Positions 1 to 9,229 are shown, counted from the stretch's first letter. The stretch is 64,000 bases of DNA from Candidatus Bathyarchaeia archaeon (GCA_049521795.1 JBEKOM010000010.1:1-64000); one strand, 5' to 3'. Notes: generated by a model from the letters alone, not told the origin. Numbers and translations are program-made.

Positions 1-278
1 AATTCAGTCATGAACTCTTTGTCTTGCATCAGTCTGTTCATGGCTTTTTCATAATCCATCAGGTTCTCAAACTCCCACATCTCTACATACCCGCCCGAAA
101 TGCCACCATACAGGTGAGCGAATAGCTTCCATGATTTTACCTCTTTGAACAAGTCTGCACGTTTTTTTGTCCATTCGACATACTTCTTGGCGAGTTCTGC
201 ATACTCACCAAGTTTATCTGGCTTCACGACGTATGTTTCTACCACGAAAACGGTCGTTCTTTCACCCCCCTTTTTCAA
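1..278 (-). CDS. NIPSNAP-like/dimeric alpha-beta barrel protein, 3' end runs off the window
   Basis: Manual translation (not in ORF track): MKKGGERTTVFVVETYVVKPDKLGEYAELAKKYVEW...GGYVEMWEFENLMDYEKAM; in-frame TTG at 278; GGGGTGA SD-like motif at 263-269. Confidence 0.7.
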   Translation of the reverse strand, partial: MKKGGERTTVFVVETYVVKPDKLGEYAELAKKYVEWTKKRADLFKEVKSWKLFAHLYGGISGGYVEMWEFENLMDYEKAMNRLMQDKEFMTE

Positions 279-303
279 TACTAAGTGAACGATGTCCGTT
301 CGT

Positions 304-338
304 TTCGTTTATAACTTTTCCGCAAAATCGAAAAACGG
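304..338. repeat. ~35-bp intergenic repeat, copy 1
   Basis: TTCGTTTATAACTTTTCCGCAAAATCGAAAAACGG; consensus of copies TTCGGCTATAACTTTTCCGCAAAAYCAAAAACTRG. Confidence 0.9.
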
Positions 339-345
339 ACTACTC

Positions 346-882
346 TCAAGCGGTTTTTGTTAGTATTTTTGGTTCTTTCCATTCTTCTCCGAGTATACTG
401 TAGATATAGGCATCCCTCCATTCTCCTCTCATGAAAAAGCTTTTGCGAAGCGTTCCTTCCTTCTTAAACCCAACTTTCTCTAAGACTTTGTGAGAGGCTA
501 CGTTTCTCGGGTCAGTTTGGGCTTGAACACGTTTTGTGTCTTTTGAGAGAAACAAGTAATCCACCATTATCTGTGTAGCTTCGGTGCCGTAGCCTTTTCC
601 TCTCTCACTTGGCACCAAACTATAGCCGATTTCCAGTTGCTTACCCGCAACATGCAGGACATAAAAATGACCTATGAAACCAATCTTGCTTCCGTCCTTT
701 CTCTCTATGATGAATGACTTCTCTTCATGAGGACCCTCAAACATCTTTTCTGCTTCTGTTCTGGACACCTGATGCAGAGGATTGTATTCACCAAAGACCT
801 CAGGCTTGTTGAACCATTCTGCAATTAGTGGCAAATCCTCTTTCTCCACAACCCTCAAATTGATATTCTTGCCTTCAAGCAA
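346..882 (-). CDS. GNAT N-acetyltransferase, RimJ/RimL family
   Basis: EIGYSLVPSERGKGYGTEA acetyl-CoA motif; NVASHKVLEKVGFKKEG. Confidence 0.92.
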   Translation of the reverse strand: MLEGKNINLRVVEKEDLPLIAEWFNKPEVFGEYNPLHQVSRTEAEKMFEGPHEEKSFIIERKDGSKIGFIGHFYVLHVAGKQLEIGYSLVPSERGKGYGTEATQIMVDYLFLSKDTKRVQAQTDPRNVASHKVLEKVGFKKEGTLRKSFFMRGEWRDAYIYSILGEEWKEPKILTKTA

Positions 883-912
883 CCCAATTCACCAATCCAT
901 AGTTGCTCGGGG

Positions 913-947
913 TTCAGCTATAACTTTTCCGCAAAATCAAAAACTAG
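913..947. repeat. ~35-bp intergenic repeat, copy 2
   Basis: TTCAGCTATAACTTTTCCGCAAAATCAAAAACTAG; contains the stop codon (937-939) of the upstream gene. Confidence 0.9.
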
Positions 948-1254
948 TCTTGTTTCTTTTTCGGTCTCTTTCTCTCACATAGTCCCAGTATTCGCTTGGT
1001 ATTCTTTCGTTTTCTGTTGCAGTCATTTCAAATATCTGAACTATATCCTTCATCTTGTCGTTGAAAACAGATTGCAAGCAACTTGGAATGTGCTTCTTGA
1101 AGTATCTGTGCTGTGCAACACATTTCTTGCAATCACCATGCCATTCACACTTGGTGTTCGGGCAACTGCACTTCAAATTATCTGGATTCGCTAAGATAGA
1201 GCGTATTTCTTTGATTTTCTCGTAGTATTGTTCTTTTGTCATTTTGGTTTGCAC
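937..1254 (-). CDS. Small Cys/His-rich putative metal-binding protein (DUF6485-like)
   Basis: CSCPNTKCEWHGDCKKCVAQHR...HIPSC pattern. Confidence 0.7.
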   Translation of the reverse strand: MQTKMTKEQYYEKIKEIRSILANPDNLKCSCPNTKCEWHGDCKKCVAQHRYFKKHIPSCLQSVFNDKMKDIVQIFEMTATENERIPSEYWDYVRERDRKRNKTSF

Positions 1255-1272
1255 ATAATTTGGTGGTCTGAA

Positions 1273-1307
1273 TTCGGCTATGACTTTTCCGCAAAACCAA
1301 AAACTGG
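1273..1307. repeat. ~35-bp intergenic repeat, copy 3
   Basis: TTCGGCTATGACTTTTCCGCAAAACCAAAAACTGG. Confidence 0.9.
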
Positions 1308-1424
1308 CTTAGAAGTCCCAGAATCCTCTTCTCTTTTTCTTTTTGCCAGCGTCCTTCCACTTCTTTCTCCAAGTCTTTCTGTTACGCGCGCGCACTGAGG
1401 TGGTATTTTTCTGTATGATTGAGA

Positions 1425-1502
1425 ATGACAAAATGTGAGCATTGCGGAGTAGAAGTGGAACTTCCTTTTGAGTGTAACTTTTGCGGTGGTTACTTTTGCT
1501 AG
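1425..1502 (+). pseudogene. Truncated AN1-like zinc finger
   Basis: MTKCEHCGVEVELPFECNFCGGYFC* matches the AN1 N-terminal half; it stops in a (TAGC)n tract before the expected H..PE.H.C half. Confidence 0.65.
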
Positions 1503-1526
1503 CGCTAGCTAGCTGGCTAGCTAGCT

Positions 1527-2069
1527 CTAACTTACGTCTGTCACCATTATGATATCATCTACATACTTCCCGTTCCAGTAAACGGCTTTCGGGATTCTTC
1601 CCGTTTCATTGAAACCTAGCTTTCTATACAGGGTTATTGCTGGAAGATTTGTCTCGTTGACTTGCAGGGTGACAATCTTTAGCCCTTGCTTCTTTCCTTC
1701 ACTCAGTAGCTTTTCTATCAGTCTGGTGCCAATTCCTATTCTTCTGGAACCAGATTTCACAACTATTCCCATTGTCCCCACATGGCTCTGTCGACCCACA
1801 TGCCTTCTGACTTCTGCGTTGCCAACAACTTCTCCATCAATCTCTGCTATGAATTGAACTGTCTCACCTCGTTTTATTTCACCAAGACGTTTAGGCAAGA
1901 ATTCTACTTCTTCTGCTCTGCTGAGTTCAGTCATCCTATTGATAGGGGCACATTCTCTGACGGTGGAGTTAACCAACTCCAACAAGCCATCCAAGTCTTC
2001 CAATCTCAGTTCTCTGACAACAACAGCTCTGCCATCTTTAGCGATGAACTCAGACATCCGAAGCCCCAA
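1527..2069 (-). CDS. GNAT N-acetyltransferase
   Basis: MGIVVKSGSRRIGIGTRLI; NLPAITLYRKLGFNETG. Confidence 0.92.
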   Translation of the reverse strand: MGLRMSEFIAKDGRAVVVRELRLEDLDGLLELVNSTVRECAPINRMTELSRAEEVEFLPKRLGEIKRGETVQFIAEIDGEVVGNAEVRRHVGRQSHVGTMGIVVKSGSRRIGIGTRLIEKLLSEGKKQGLKIVTLQVNETNLPAITLYRKLGFNETGRIPKAVYWNGKYVDDIIMVTDVS

Positions 2070-2212
2070 CTCCTTTCCAGAAGCGTGTCCTAGAAGGGAT
2101 AAATCCTTTACTCCATTTAACCATTAATCAGGAGTAACAGCGAAGTCCCTAGTATTGGTTAATTGGAGAAAACTTTAACCCCCAAACCAAATGGCTGTTA
2201 GCTAGCTAGCTG

Positions 2213-2248
2213 TTCGTCTAAAACTTTTCCGCAAAACACTAAAAACTG
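2213..2248. repeat. ~35-bp intergenic repeat, copy 4
   Basis: TTCGTCTAAAACTTTTCCGCAAAACACTAAAAACTG. Confidence 0.85.
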
Positions 2249-2319
2249 ATTCACAAAATATGTCAAAACCACAGAATAGAAAAACGCTAACGCACAGACA
2301 AAAAACAGCTAGCTAGAAA

Positions 2320-2577
2320 CTAGGACGGGTGCGATGGTTGCCCTTTATTGGTTCGCCACGCTTCAACATACATGCCGATAGATAAGCCGCCTAGAAGACC
2401 CAGAACGGTGCAAATCATTGCTACTTCGAATATTATAAGAGGTCCGTCTTGACCTAACTGGAGGTGGTTCTCAAAGTAGGAATAGGAGTATGCACTCGAT
2501 AAGATTGCCATAAAGACCAAAATGATTCCAGCCACTAGGAAAATTACTCTTGCTGGTTTATGTGGTGTGGCTCCCAT
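2320..2577 (-). CDS. Small two-TM membrane protein
   Basis: Two hydrophobic helices; ATG start; co-oriented with neighbours. Confidence 0.6.
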   Translation of the reverse strand: MGATPHKPARVIFLVAGIILVFMAILSSAYSYSYFENHLQLGQDGPLIIFEVAMICTVLGLLGGLSIGMYVEAWRTNKGQPSHPS

Positions 2578-2632
2578 GATTTATGCCCATCTAGGCAATT
2601 TGGAACCTCAGTTATTTAAGTTAGAATGTGCG

Positions 2633-2653
2633 TTCCGCAAAACCAAAAACTGG
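2633..2653. repeat. Intergenic repeat, partial copy 5
   Basis: TTCCGCAAAACCAAAAACTGG, identical to the right part of copy 3. Confidence 0.8.
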
Positions 2654-2870
2654 CCCATAAAGAATATGTCGAAAGAGTAGAACATAAAAACAAGAAATGA
2701 ATGAAAAGAAAGTGATGGTATGACATGGTTCTGCTGTCTTTAACTCTTCTTTGGCTTTCTAAGCGCGCGCGCCAGACTGAACTCTTCTGCGAGAGCTTTC
2801 GCTGCCGCGCGCGCTTATATACTGTCACAGGTTACAATTAAGAATAAACAGGTTTTTGGAGGTGAGTGAA

Positions 2871-3311
2871 ATGTCTGAGGAAAAGATTGAAAGTGTCATA
2901 CGTGGTTGGCGTGCGGCGCTTGAGAAAAAGGATGTGGAAAAGGCGCTTTCCTTCGTCGCAGAAGATGCAGTCTGGACGAATGATGAGGGCACGTTCAAAG
3001 GCAAGCAGGAGTGGAGACGGTACTTAACCTGGATGGCAACGTTTGGTGAAGGAAAGTTCAAGGACGCAGGAATTGGGATCATGACGAAGGGAAACAAGGC
3101 TGTTAGCCAGTATACTCTGGAAGGCAAAACCACAGATGGCATGAAAATTGAAGTGCCTGGTGTGTGCCTGTACGAATTCAAGAATGAAAAAATCCAGCAA
3201 CATTACACGATTTCGGATAGGCTTTTGCTTGCTAAACAAGCAGCTAAGGGAACGGTCGCAAGAAGATTGGTGGGCTCTCTAGTGAAGCGTATGGAAAAGG
3301 GATTGCAATAG
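2871..3311 (+). CDS. SnoaL/NTF2-like protein
   Basis: ALEKKDVEKALSFVAEDAVW...GTFKGKQE...GVCLYEFKNEKI; GGAGGTGA SD before ATG 2871. Confidence 0.85.
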   Translation: MSEEKIESVIRGWRAALEKKDVEKALSFVAEDAVWTNDEGTFKGKQEWRRYLTWMATFGEGKFKDAGIGIMTKGNKAVSQYTLEGKTTDGMKIEVPGVCLYEFKNEKIQQHYTISDRLLLAKQAAKGTVARRLVGSLVKRMEKGLQ

Positions 3312-3533
3312 GACAGGCGAAGCAAAAAAGGAATTTCATAGCTGAAAGCGCGTCGTCACTTATGCGTCCGCTACATAGCTTTTCTTTCTCTTTTTTGCAT
3401 CAAACTAATAACTCACTTTTTGCGGTTTTGTCACTACAAACCGTGATTTTTCTTGAGGCTCAATTCTCGTTGTTTTCTGTTTCGTTCTTCTTGTCTGTGT
3501 GCGTGTGTGTTTTTTTTATTTGTTTGTTTTTTT

Positions 3534-3690
3534 AGAGAGAGTGAGTGAGAGAGTGAAGGGTAGAGAGTAGTAGAGTAAGCGTAAGAAAATGAGAGAGAGA
3601 AAGGGGTAAAGTTTTATCCCGCACACTTCTACTACTCACTCTCACTCACTCTCTACCTATTATCTCTCTAACAATTACACTCTCTCTATT
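3534..3690. repeat. Low-complexity imperfect inverted repeat (AG-rich arm, CT-rich arm) centred on GGGGTAAAGTTTTATCCC
   Basis: AGAGAGTGAGTGAGAG on the left pairs with CTCTCACTCACTCTCT on the right; centre at 3603-3620. Confidence 0.7.
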
Positions 3691-3757
3691 GCAGAAAGCG
3701 CGCGCTAAATTCAAACTTCAAAACGAGGATTTGAACCCTGCCCTGACTAGGGGTTGA

Positions 3758-3786
3758 TGGTAGCCCGGGAGAGATTCGAACTCTCG
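3758..3786 (-). other. tRNA 3'-end fragment (Gln-type), att-like
   Basis: Minus strand CGAGAG-TTCGAAT-CTCTC-CCGGGCT-A-CCA: T-arm, acceptor 3' strand and CCA; A1-U72 acceptor typical of archaeal tRNA-Gln; no 5' half adjacent. Confidence 0.8.
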
Positions 3787-4029
3787 GCTTTGAAGAATGC
3801 GAGTTTTGGCGTGCTCGTCTATTAGTTTGGGTGAGTGGGACTTGAACCCGTTTGGGTTCAAATTCCTCCGGACCAGCGTTAAGACCGATCGCCGGTTAAC
3901 AAATCCTTTCAGGATAAATTTCTATGCGGATACCTACCAGTCCACTTCCGTTTGGGTTCTAGTCCCCACCTACTCGTTTCGTAATGAGCCAGATCGCCAA
4001 GGCTATTGAAGCACAGAAAAAAGACAATT

Positions 4030-4071
4030 GGACTCGACCCCTTTTGGGTACGGGTCCCGGCGGGCCCGCCA
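4030..4071 (+). other. Degenerate tRNA 3'-end fragment (Arg-type)
   Basis: ...GGGTACGGGTCCCGG-CGGGCCC-G-CCA; eroded T-loop. Confidence 0.55.
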
Positions 4072-4135
4072 CTATTTGGGTAGCACGCGCGAGGATTTGC
4101 TCTGCTACAAGGTTCCAGCAAAACCGGTTTAGCCG

Positions 4136-4540
4136 TCATCTTTCTCCTTTTAGCCAGCCCTTAATTCCGAGTTCTCTTACCGTTATTGTTACTGGTTCCA
4201 CTTCAAGTGACCTATACTTGCCGTTCTCATCGAGATACAATATCGTCGGTTTCAGAGCGAAAGTGTCCTGAACTTTTGACTTGAGAACGAGTTTTACTTC
4301 TTCAGCCTTTAAGGGATCAAGTCCATTTCCCTTCATGTTGACAAAGCTGTCTTCCACTCTGCACGTTTCGGGTTTTTGGTTCAACTCGAAACCTTCGGGG
4401 ACTACTTCATTGACTTTGATTAGCAGCGGGGGTCTTTTTCCAGCATTTACAAGCTCCATTTATAGGTCAAGCAGTTCGTCGATCTTCGGTTTCTTTAGCG
4501 TGCGCTCGATAAAGCTGTTTGCTGGCATGCCTTCCGGGCT
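4136..4540 (-). pseudogene. C-terminal Ig-like fragment paralogous to the 57619-60993 protein
   Basis: ELVNAGK...LDPLKAEEVKLVLK...ELGIKGWLKGER vs ELVNAGK...LDPLKTEEVKLVLK...ELGIKGWLRGEK; in-frame stop just upstream of 4459; N-terminal ~1000 aa absent. Confidence 0.85.
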
Positions 4541-4802
4541 CGCCCAGTCTCCATAAGTTGCAGGGGCAGACTTGATCTTTGCACTCTGCTCTCAATGTTG
4601 GTATTCCTTCGGAAGCTTCCCGAAAAGGAAGGTTGAAAACGCGACGAGAATTGCTTGAATCTTGTTTCGAGGCTATCACTTGCATTCGAAACTGTTCGAT
4701 CAGGAATTTAATTATAGAAAGATGTTTCACAAGTTTTAAATATGCAAAAATAGAAAGAGCACTCTCAAGTTTCTAAGCGGAGCAGGGAAGGAGAAGGAAA
4801 AG

Positions 4803-7800
4803 ATGAAGAGAGTGGGAGAGGAAGCGCTAGTTTTACTTCTTATAACCGTGTTGTGTGTATCAATTCTGATGTCCGCGAATTTGATCAAGATCTTCCCAGT
4901 TCACGCTTCGACTTTCTTGAAAACTTGGGGAAGCTATGGTTCGGGTATAGGTGAATTCAACAATCCAACTGCCGTGGCAGTTGATAGCTATGGACACGTG
5001 TACGTTGCGGACGCTGGAAACAATCGGGTTGAGGAGTTTGACAATGATGGTGACTTTGTTGCTCAGTTTGGAGGTGTCGGGTCTGGTACTGGCCAGTTTG
5101 GTTGGACCTGCGGGGTTGCTGTTGACGCTTATGGTGACGTTTACGTTTCAGATTGGACCAACTCGCGTATCGTGGAGTTCAGCGAGGGCAATCTAACGTG
5201 GGGCACCTTCGGAAGTGGGCCAGGCGAGTTGGAGGGCCCATTGGGTATTGCGGTCGACACGAATGGTTTCATCTACGTCTTGGACAGTCAGTATGGTACT
5301 AACAACCGTGTTGAGAAGTTTGATTATTCTGGTACCTTTATAACTCAGTTTGGAAGTGCCGGTTCTGGTCCTAGTCAATTTAATGGCTCGTTCGGAGTTA
5401 CAGTTGACAATTATGGTAATGTCTACGTTCCAGACTACAACAATTCTCGTGTTGTGAAGTTTGGTGTTGATAGCACTACTTCAAGCTGGGGTACCTTCGG
5501 AACTGGTCCGGGACAACTCTACAATCCTATGTACGCCGCTATTGACGATCTTGGATATGTCTACCTAACAGACAATTACAACTCTCGCGTTGAGAAGTTC
5601 GATAGCACTGGCAACTACATAACTGAACTTGGAAGCTACGGTACGGGTGACGGTCAGTTCCGTGCCCCTGAAGGAATCGCTGTTGACGGTTCTGGCGACG
5701 TCTTCGTGGCAGACGCTGCTAACAACCGCATTGACAAATTCCTGTTACCAAACCCTCCGGTAAGGTTTGTCATAGATTCCGTTTCCGAAGGCTCTCCCGT
5801 GGCCGGACAGCCTTTTGATGTTATCGTAACCGCAACTGACGTGTTTGGAAACGTAGTTACGGGTTACGCTGGTACGGTGCATTTCTCGTGCAGCGACAGC
5901 TTAGCCGTTCTGCCTAGCGATTACACCTTTCAGACTGATGACAACGGCGAGCATACGTTTTCGGTGACTTTTGACGCTGCTGGTACGCAGACACTTAACG
6001 TGTGGGATACGCTTGATCCGTCGATTTTCGGATCAAATTCTTGGACTGTTCTTGGGCTGACTGTTGTTAACGTGGAGACTGATGTACCCCCAAGCTCTGA
6101 CTGGAACTACATCATCACAGTTGTCAACTCGCAAATGGAGGTCGCTCCAGGAACTGTAATTGAAAACTTTACTCTTCCAGCTGGCGGCGGCAACATAACA
6201 TTCTCAGACCCAGTGTTCTTGGAAGGCGGCGTCTTTAACATAACTGCGGCCTCCAAGTTTGAATACACCACAGAGATATCTACCCAACAATATGACGACT
6301 ACAGCTCCTCTGTTATCGAAGATCTCAATGCGACCCTTTACCTTCACGAGTATTCGGCTATGACAGTAACTTTCGCTAATGCCTTTGTGGGGGCCTTCAC
6401 GACTCAGCCATTGGGGTCGGCTCCTCCCAGCGGCATAAACTTTTCCATTCCAGCTAATCAACCATACCCTATTCAAGCCGCTTGGAACGTCACATTAAAA
6501 AATGACGGCAGAATCGATCTTGTTGTCAATAAGACCATGGCCATACTAGTTAACTTCACCCGACCAATGCAGTCAGGGCAAGCTGTCAACGTCACCGTGA
6601 CATTTAACGGAACAACCTACGGACAGGTCGTTCAACAAAGTGCTTTAGCCCAAAACAGCGTAATCATCTTCCAACCCATAATACCGAAATACAATGGAAC
6701 CATGACTATAACCGGCACATACCAAATAGGAACCTCAGCAAACCCAAGCTCTCTAACTGGGAACCCAACCTCTCTAGCCAGCACTGCCGTCACAGTCAAA
6801 GACACTATGATCCTGCCTATTTACTTCTACTCCCTAACCAATTCCAACTATGGGTCAGTAAACGCGACAGACATCACACAAATGGTGGGAAACACTACAG
6901 CCTTCATCAATGCAACCTATCCAGTCAAGAACGTCGCTGTTAGCGCATCTACCACCACCATCGCAGGCAGCGCCGCATCTAACAGTCCAAGCAAGTTTCA
7001 AGGAATAATCAATGACTGTATAGCTATAAGTACGCAGGCTGCGAAATCAAGTTACGGCAAAGCTACACGCGGCATTGGGATAGGACCAAACAACGGTCCT
7101 GGCCAAGACTATTTCACCTACCACGGTGCACCAGGAGGGGCTGGCTTTACGGTGAATCCAAACTGTCACGGTGTGGTCGTGCTGGACGGCTACTACACCG
7201 CAGCGGCCCATGAAGTTGGGCACACTTTTGGTCTGAACTGGCCCCCCACATCGGAAGAATATGTTACGTATCCCCTGAATGGAAAAGCCACCAGCGGCAT
7301 TTGGCCAGCGCAAAATCAGTGGAGAACGGGCTACGATATTATGGGCACAGCACCTTACAGAACACTGGACCTAACATGGATCGATAGCACCTCGTACGCA
7401 CAACTGCTTAGCATGACCAAAGCGGCAGGAAATGATCCTCCATTACTAATAGTGTCAGGCCTAATCTACAAGGATGGCACCGTCGTACTGCCTCAAACCT
7501 GGTACCAACTGCAATCCGGCGTTCCCGACACTGTAGTGCCTGGAAATTACGCCCTCCAATTCTATGACTCCAGCGGAAGACTTATTTCAACAACCAGTTT
7601 CGACGCTCCTTTCTACGTGCAGATCGACCCCGGAGTTACCGTGGGGCAGAACATGCCAGACCTTAGCAACTTCGGAACCGTGCAAACCGACGTGACAGGT
7701 TTTGCCTTCACAATTCCTTACCCACAGGGAACAGCGCAAGTGAACATTGTAGACAACACTAACCCAGGCAGTCCAATTGTTTTGAAGACGGTTTCGGCTA

Positions 7801-9080
7801 AGGACATAGTTTACGTCCCACCGCCCACTGTAAACATAACGTTCACAACGAACGGGATAGGAAGCGACACAAACAGCGCAACAGTGATGACCATAGACAG
7901 CATACCCTACGGTTACAGCCAACTGCAATCCCTCTCCGTCAACTGGGCGCCAGGCTCAAACCACACGATAACTGTTACCAACCCGGTGGCCGCTACCTAT
8001 GGAAAACAATATGCGTTCATAAACTGGACCAACGGAGACGGGCTAAAATCGGGAACGTCGAACTACACAGTACCAAATACTGACACCGTAGTCACAGCCA
8101 ACTTCAAAACTCAATTCCAACTAACAGTAACCACAAACCCAGTTGGTCTGACTCCTCGACCATGGGTCACGCCCTCTGGTACAGGCAGTGGAGGCACATG
8201 GTACGAAGCAAACACCAACGTCACTCTGATTGCTTCCCCCCTCGCCATAAACACTCTGAGCAACTGGTACACATTCAACTATTGGGTACTAGATGGGACA
8301 CCACAGAAAACAAACACCATTCAGCTAAAAATCAAAATGGATCAAGCTCACACAACAATCGCCAACTACGCTCACTTCAAGATGAAAGGGTATTTCACTG
8401 ACAGCAACTTCAATCCGATAAGCTCTTTCACCTGCATAACCGCGCCCAAGACAGGGACCGGCTACAAGATAAGCGCTACCTACCCAGCGACGTTTTACTA
8501 CAACCTGCAAATCACAAACAACGACCCAACTGGAACGTTTACAATTACAATGCTCGTCCCTTCAGACTTCGCCCTGACGCCACTCTCACCACGAGCTAGC
8601 CCAGTGCAAATCGACGGAAAACCCGTCACCTACTCAATCTCAAATCCTGGGGTACTCACTATTTCCAACGTCCAAATCAAACAAAACCAGATGATAACCA
8701 TATCGGTGCATCTGAAGTACACGGATTCCTATAGCAGCAAGGCCACGTTCTCAATAGATTATCCATTTATTGCGACGGTGAACCTTATACAGCTAACAAC
8801 CACCACCATCACCGCAGTCGGCAAACAAATGACCGCAATAGGAGGATTCATAACCAATAGCAACGGCGCGCCAAAGGCCGGACTCACAGTCACTGTCACA
8901 ACGCAGAACGGAATCGTTGGAACAGCTGTCTCAGCAAATGACGGGTCCTACTTCATTACGGTTCCAGCTGGAACCTACACCGTGACAATCACCAATTCAC
9001 TGAAGACTCAATTAGCCCAAGTCAAAAACGTCATAGTCACTCAAAATCAATTCGCAGAACAAGACTTCACGATCAAGTAG
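4803..9080 (+). CDS. Large secreted/surface protein: NHL beta-propeller, Ig-like domains, HEXXH metallopeptidase, C-terminal carboxypeptidase-regulatory-like domain
   Basis: Signal peptide; about six repeats of GxGxGQFxxPxGIAVDxxGxVYVAD; AAHEVGHTFGL; many N-x-S/T sequons. Confidence 0.85.
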   Translation: MKRVGEEALVLLLITVLCVSILMSANLIKIFPVHASTFLKTWGSYGSGIGEFNNPTAVAVDSYGHVYVADAGNNRVEEFDNDGDFVAQFGGVGSGTGQFGWTCGVAVDAYGDVYVSDWTNSRIVEFSEGNLTWGTFGSGPGELEGPLGIAVDTNGFIYVLDSQYGTNNRVEKFDYSGTFITQFGSAGSGPSQFNGSFGVTVDNYGNVYVPDYNNSRVVKFGVDSTTSSWGTFGTGPGQLYNPMYAAIDDLGYVYLTDNYNSRVEKFDSTGNYITELGSYGTGDGQFRAPEGIAVDGSGDVFVADAANNRIDKFLLPNPPVRFVIDSVSEGSPVAGQPFDVIVTATDVFGNVVTGYAGTVHFSCSDSLAVLPSDYTFQTDDNGEHTFSVTFDAAGTQTLNVWDTLDPSIFGSNSWTVLGLTVVNVETDVPPSSDWNYIITVVNSQMEVAPGTVIENFTLPAGGGNITFSDPVFLEGGVFNITAASKFEYTTEISTQQYDDYSSSVIEDLNATLYLHEYSAMTVTFANAFVGAFTTQPLGSAPPSGINFSIPANQPYPIQAAWNVTLKNDGRIDLVVNKTMAILVNFTRPMQSGQAVNVTVTFNGTTYGQVVQQSALAQNSVIIFQPIIPKYNGTMTITGTYQIGTSANPSSLTGNPTSLASTAVTVKDTMILPIYFYSLTNSNYGSVNATDITQMVGNTTAFINATYPVKNVAVSASTTTIAGSAASNSPSKFQGIINDCIAISTQAAKSSYGKATRGIGIGPNNGPGQDYFTYHGAPGGAGFTVNPNCHGVVVLDGYYTAAAHEVGHTFGLNWPPTSEEYVTYPLNGKATSGIWPAQNQWRTGYDIMGTAPYRTLDLTWIDSTSYAQLLSMTKAAGNDPPLLIVSGLIYKDGTVVLPQTWYQLQSGVPDTVVPGNYALQFYDSSGRLISTTSFDAPFYVQIDPGVTVGQNMPDLSNFGTVQTDVTGFAFTIPYPQGTAQVNIVDNTNPGSPIVLKTVSAKDIVYVPPPTVNITFTTNGIGSDTNSATVMTIDSIPYGYSQLQSLSVNWAPGSNHTITVTNPVAATYGKQYAFINWTNGDGLKSGTSNYTVPNTDTVVTANFKTQFQLTVTTNPVGLTPRPWVTPSGTGSGGTWYEANTNVTLIASPLAINTLSNWYTFNYWVLDGTPQKTNTIQLKIKMDQAHTTIANYAHFKMKGYFTDSNFNPISSFTCITAPKTGTGYKISATYPATFYYNLQITNNDPTGTFTITMLVPSDFALTPLSPRASPVQIDGKPVTYSISNPGVLTISNVQIKQNQMITISVHLKYTDSYSSKATFSIDYPFIATVNLIQLTTTTITAVGKQMTAIGGFITNSNGAPKAGLTVTVTTQNGIVGTAVSANDGSYFITVPAGTYTVTITNSLKTQLAQVKNVIVTQNQFAEQDFTIK

Positions 9081-9229
9081 CGGACACCACAATCTACAGT
9101 CACAAAAACAACCATGCAAACAAAACTAGACACGCGCGCCTCGCTGACCCGAACAAGAACTTCCCCATCAGCCAAGACGACAAAGAACCTGTAAACAAAA
9201 AATGATAAAAGAGGAGGTGAAAACCCAAG

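Noticed and set aside
304-2653. CRISPR array
   Set aside because: Intervals are about 325-900 bp and contain genes; there are no uniform short spacers.
304-2653. Classical integron attC sites
   Set aside because: No RYYYAAC...GTTRRRY pairing, no long imperfect hairpin and no intI in the window.
2616-2828. 70-aa ORF
   Set aside because: Low-complexity sequence overlapping a repeat and a promoter; no protein-like features.
3758-3786. Functional tRNA-Gln gene
   Set aside because: Only the T-arm and 3' acceptor strand are present; no D-arm or anticodon arm is adjacent.
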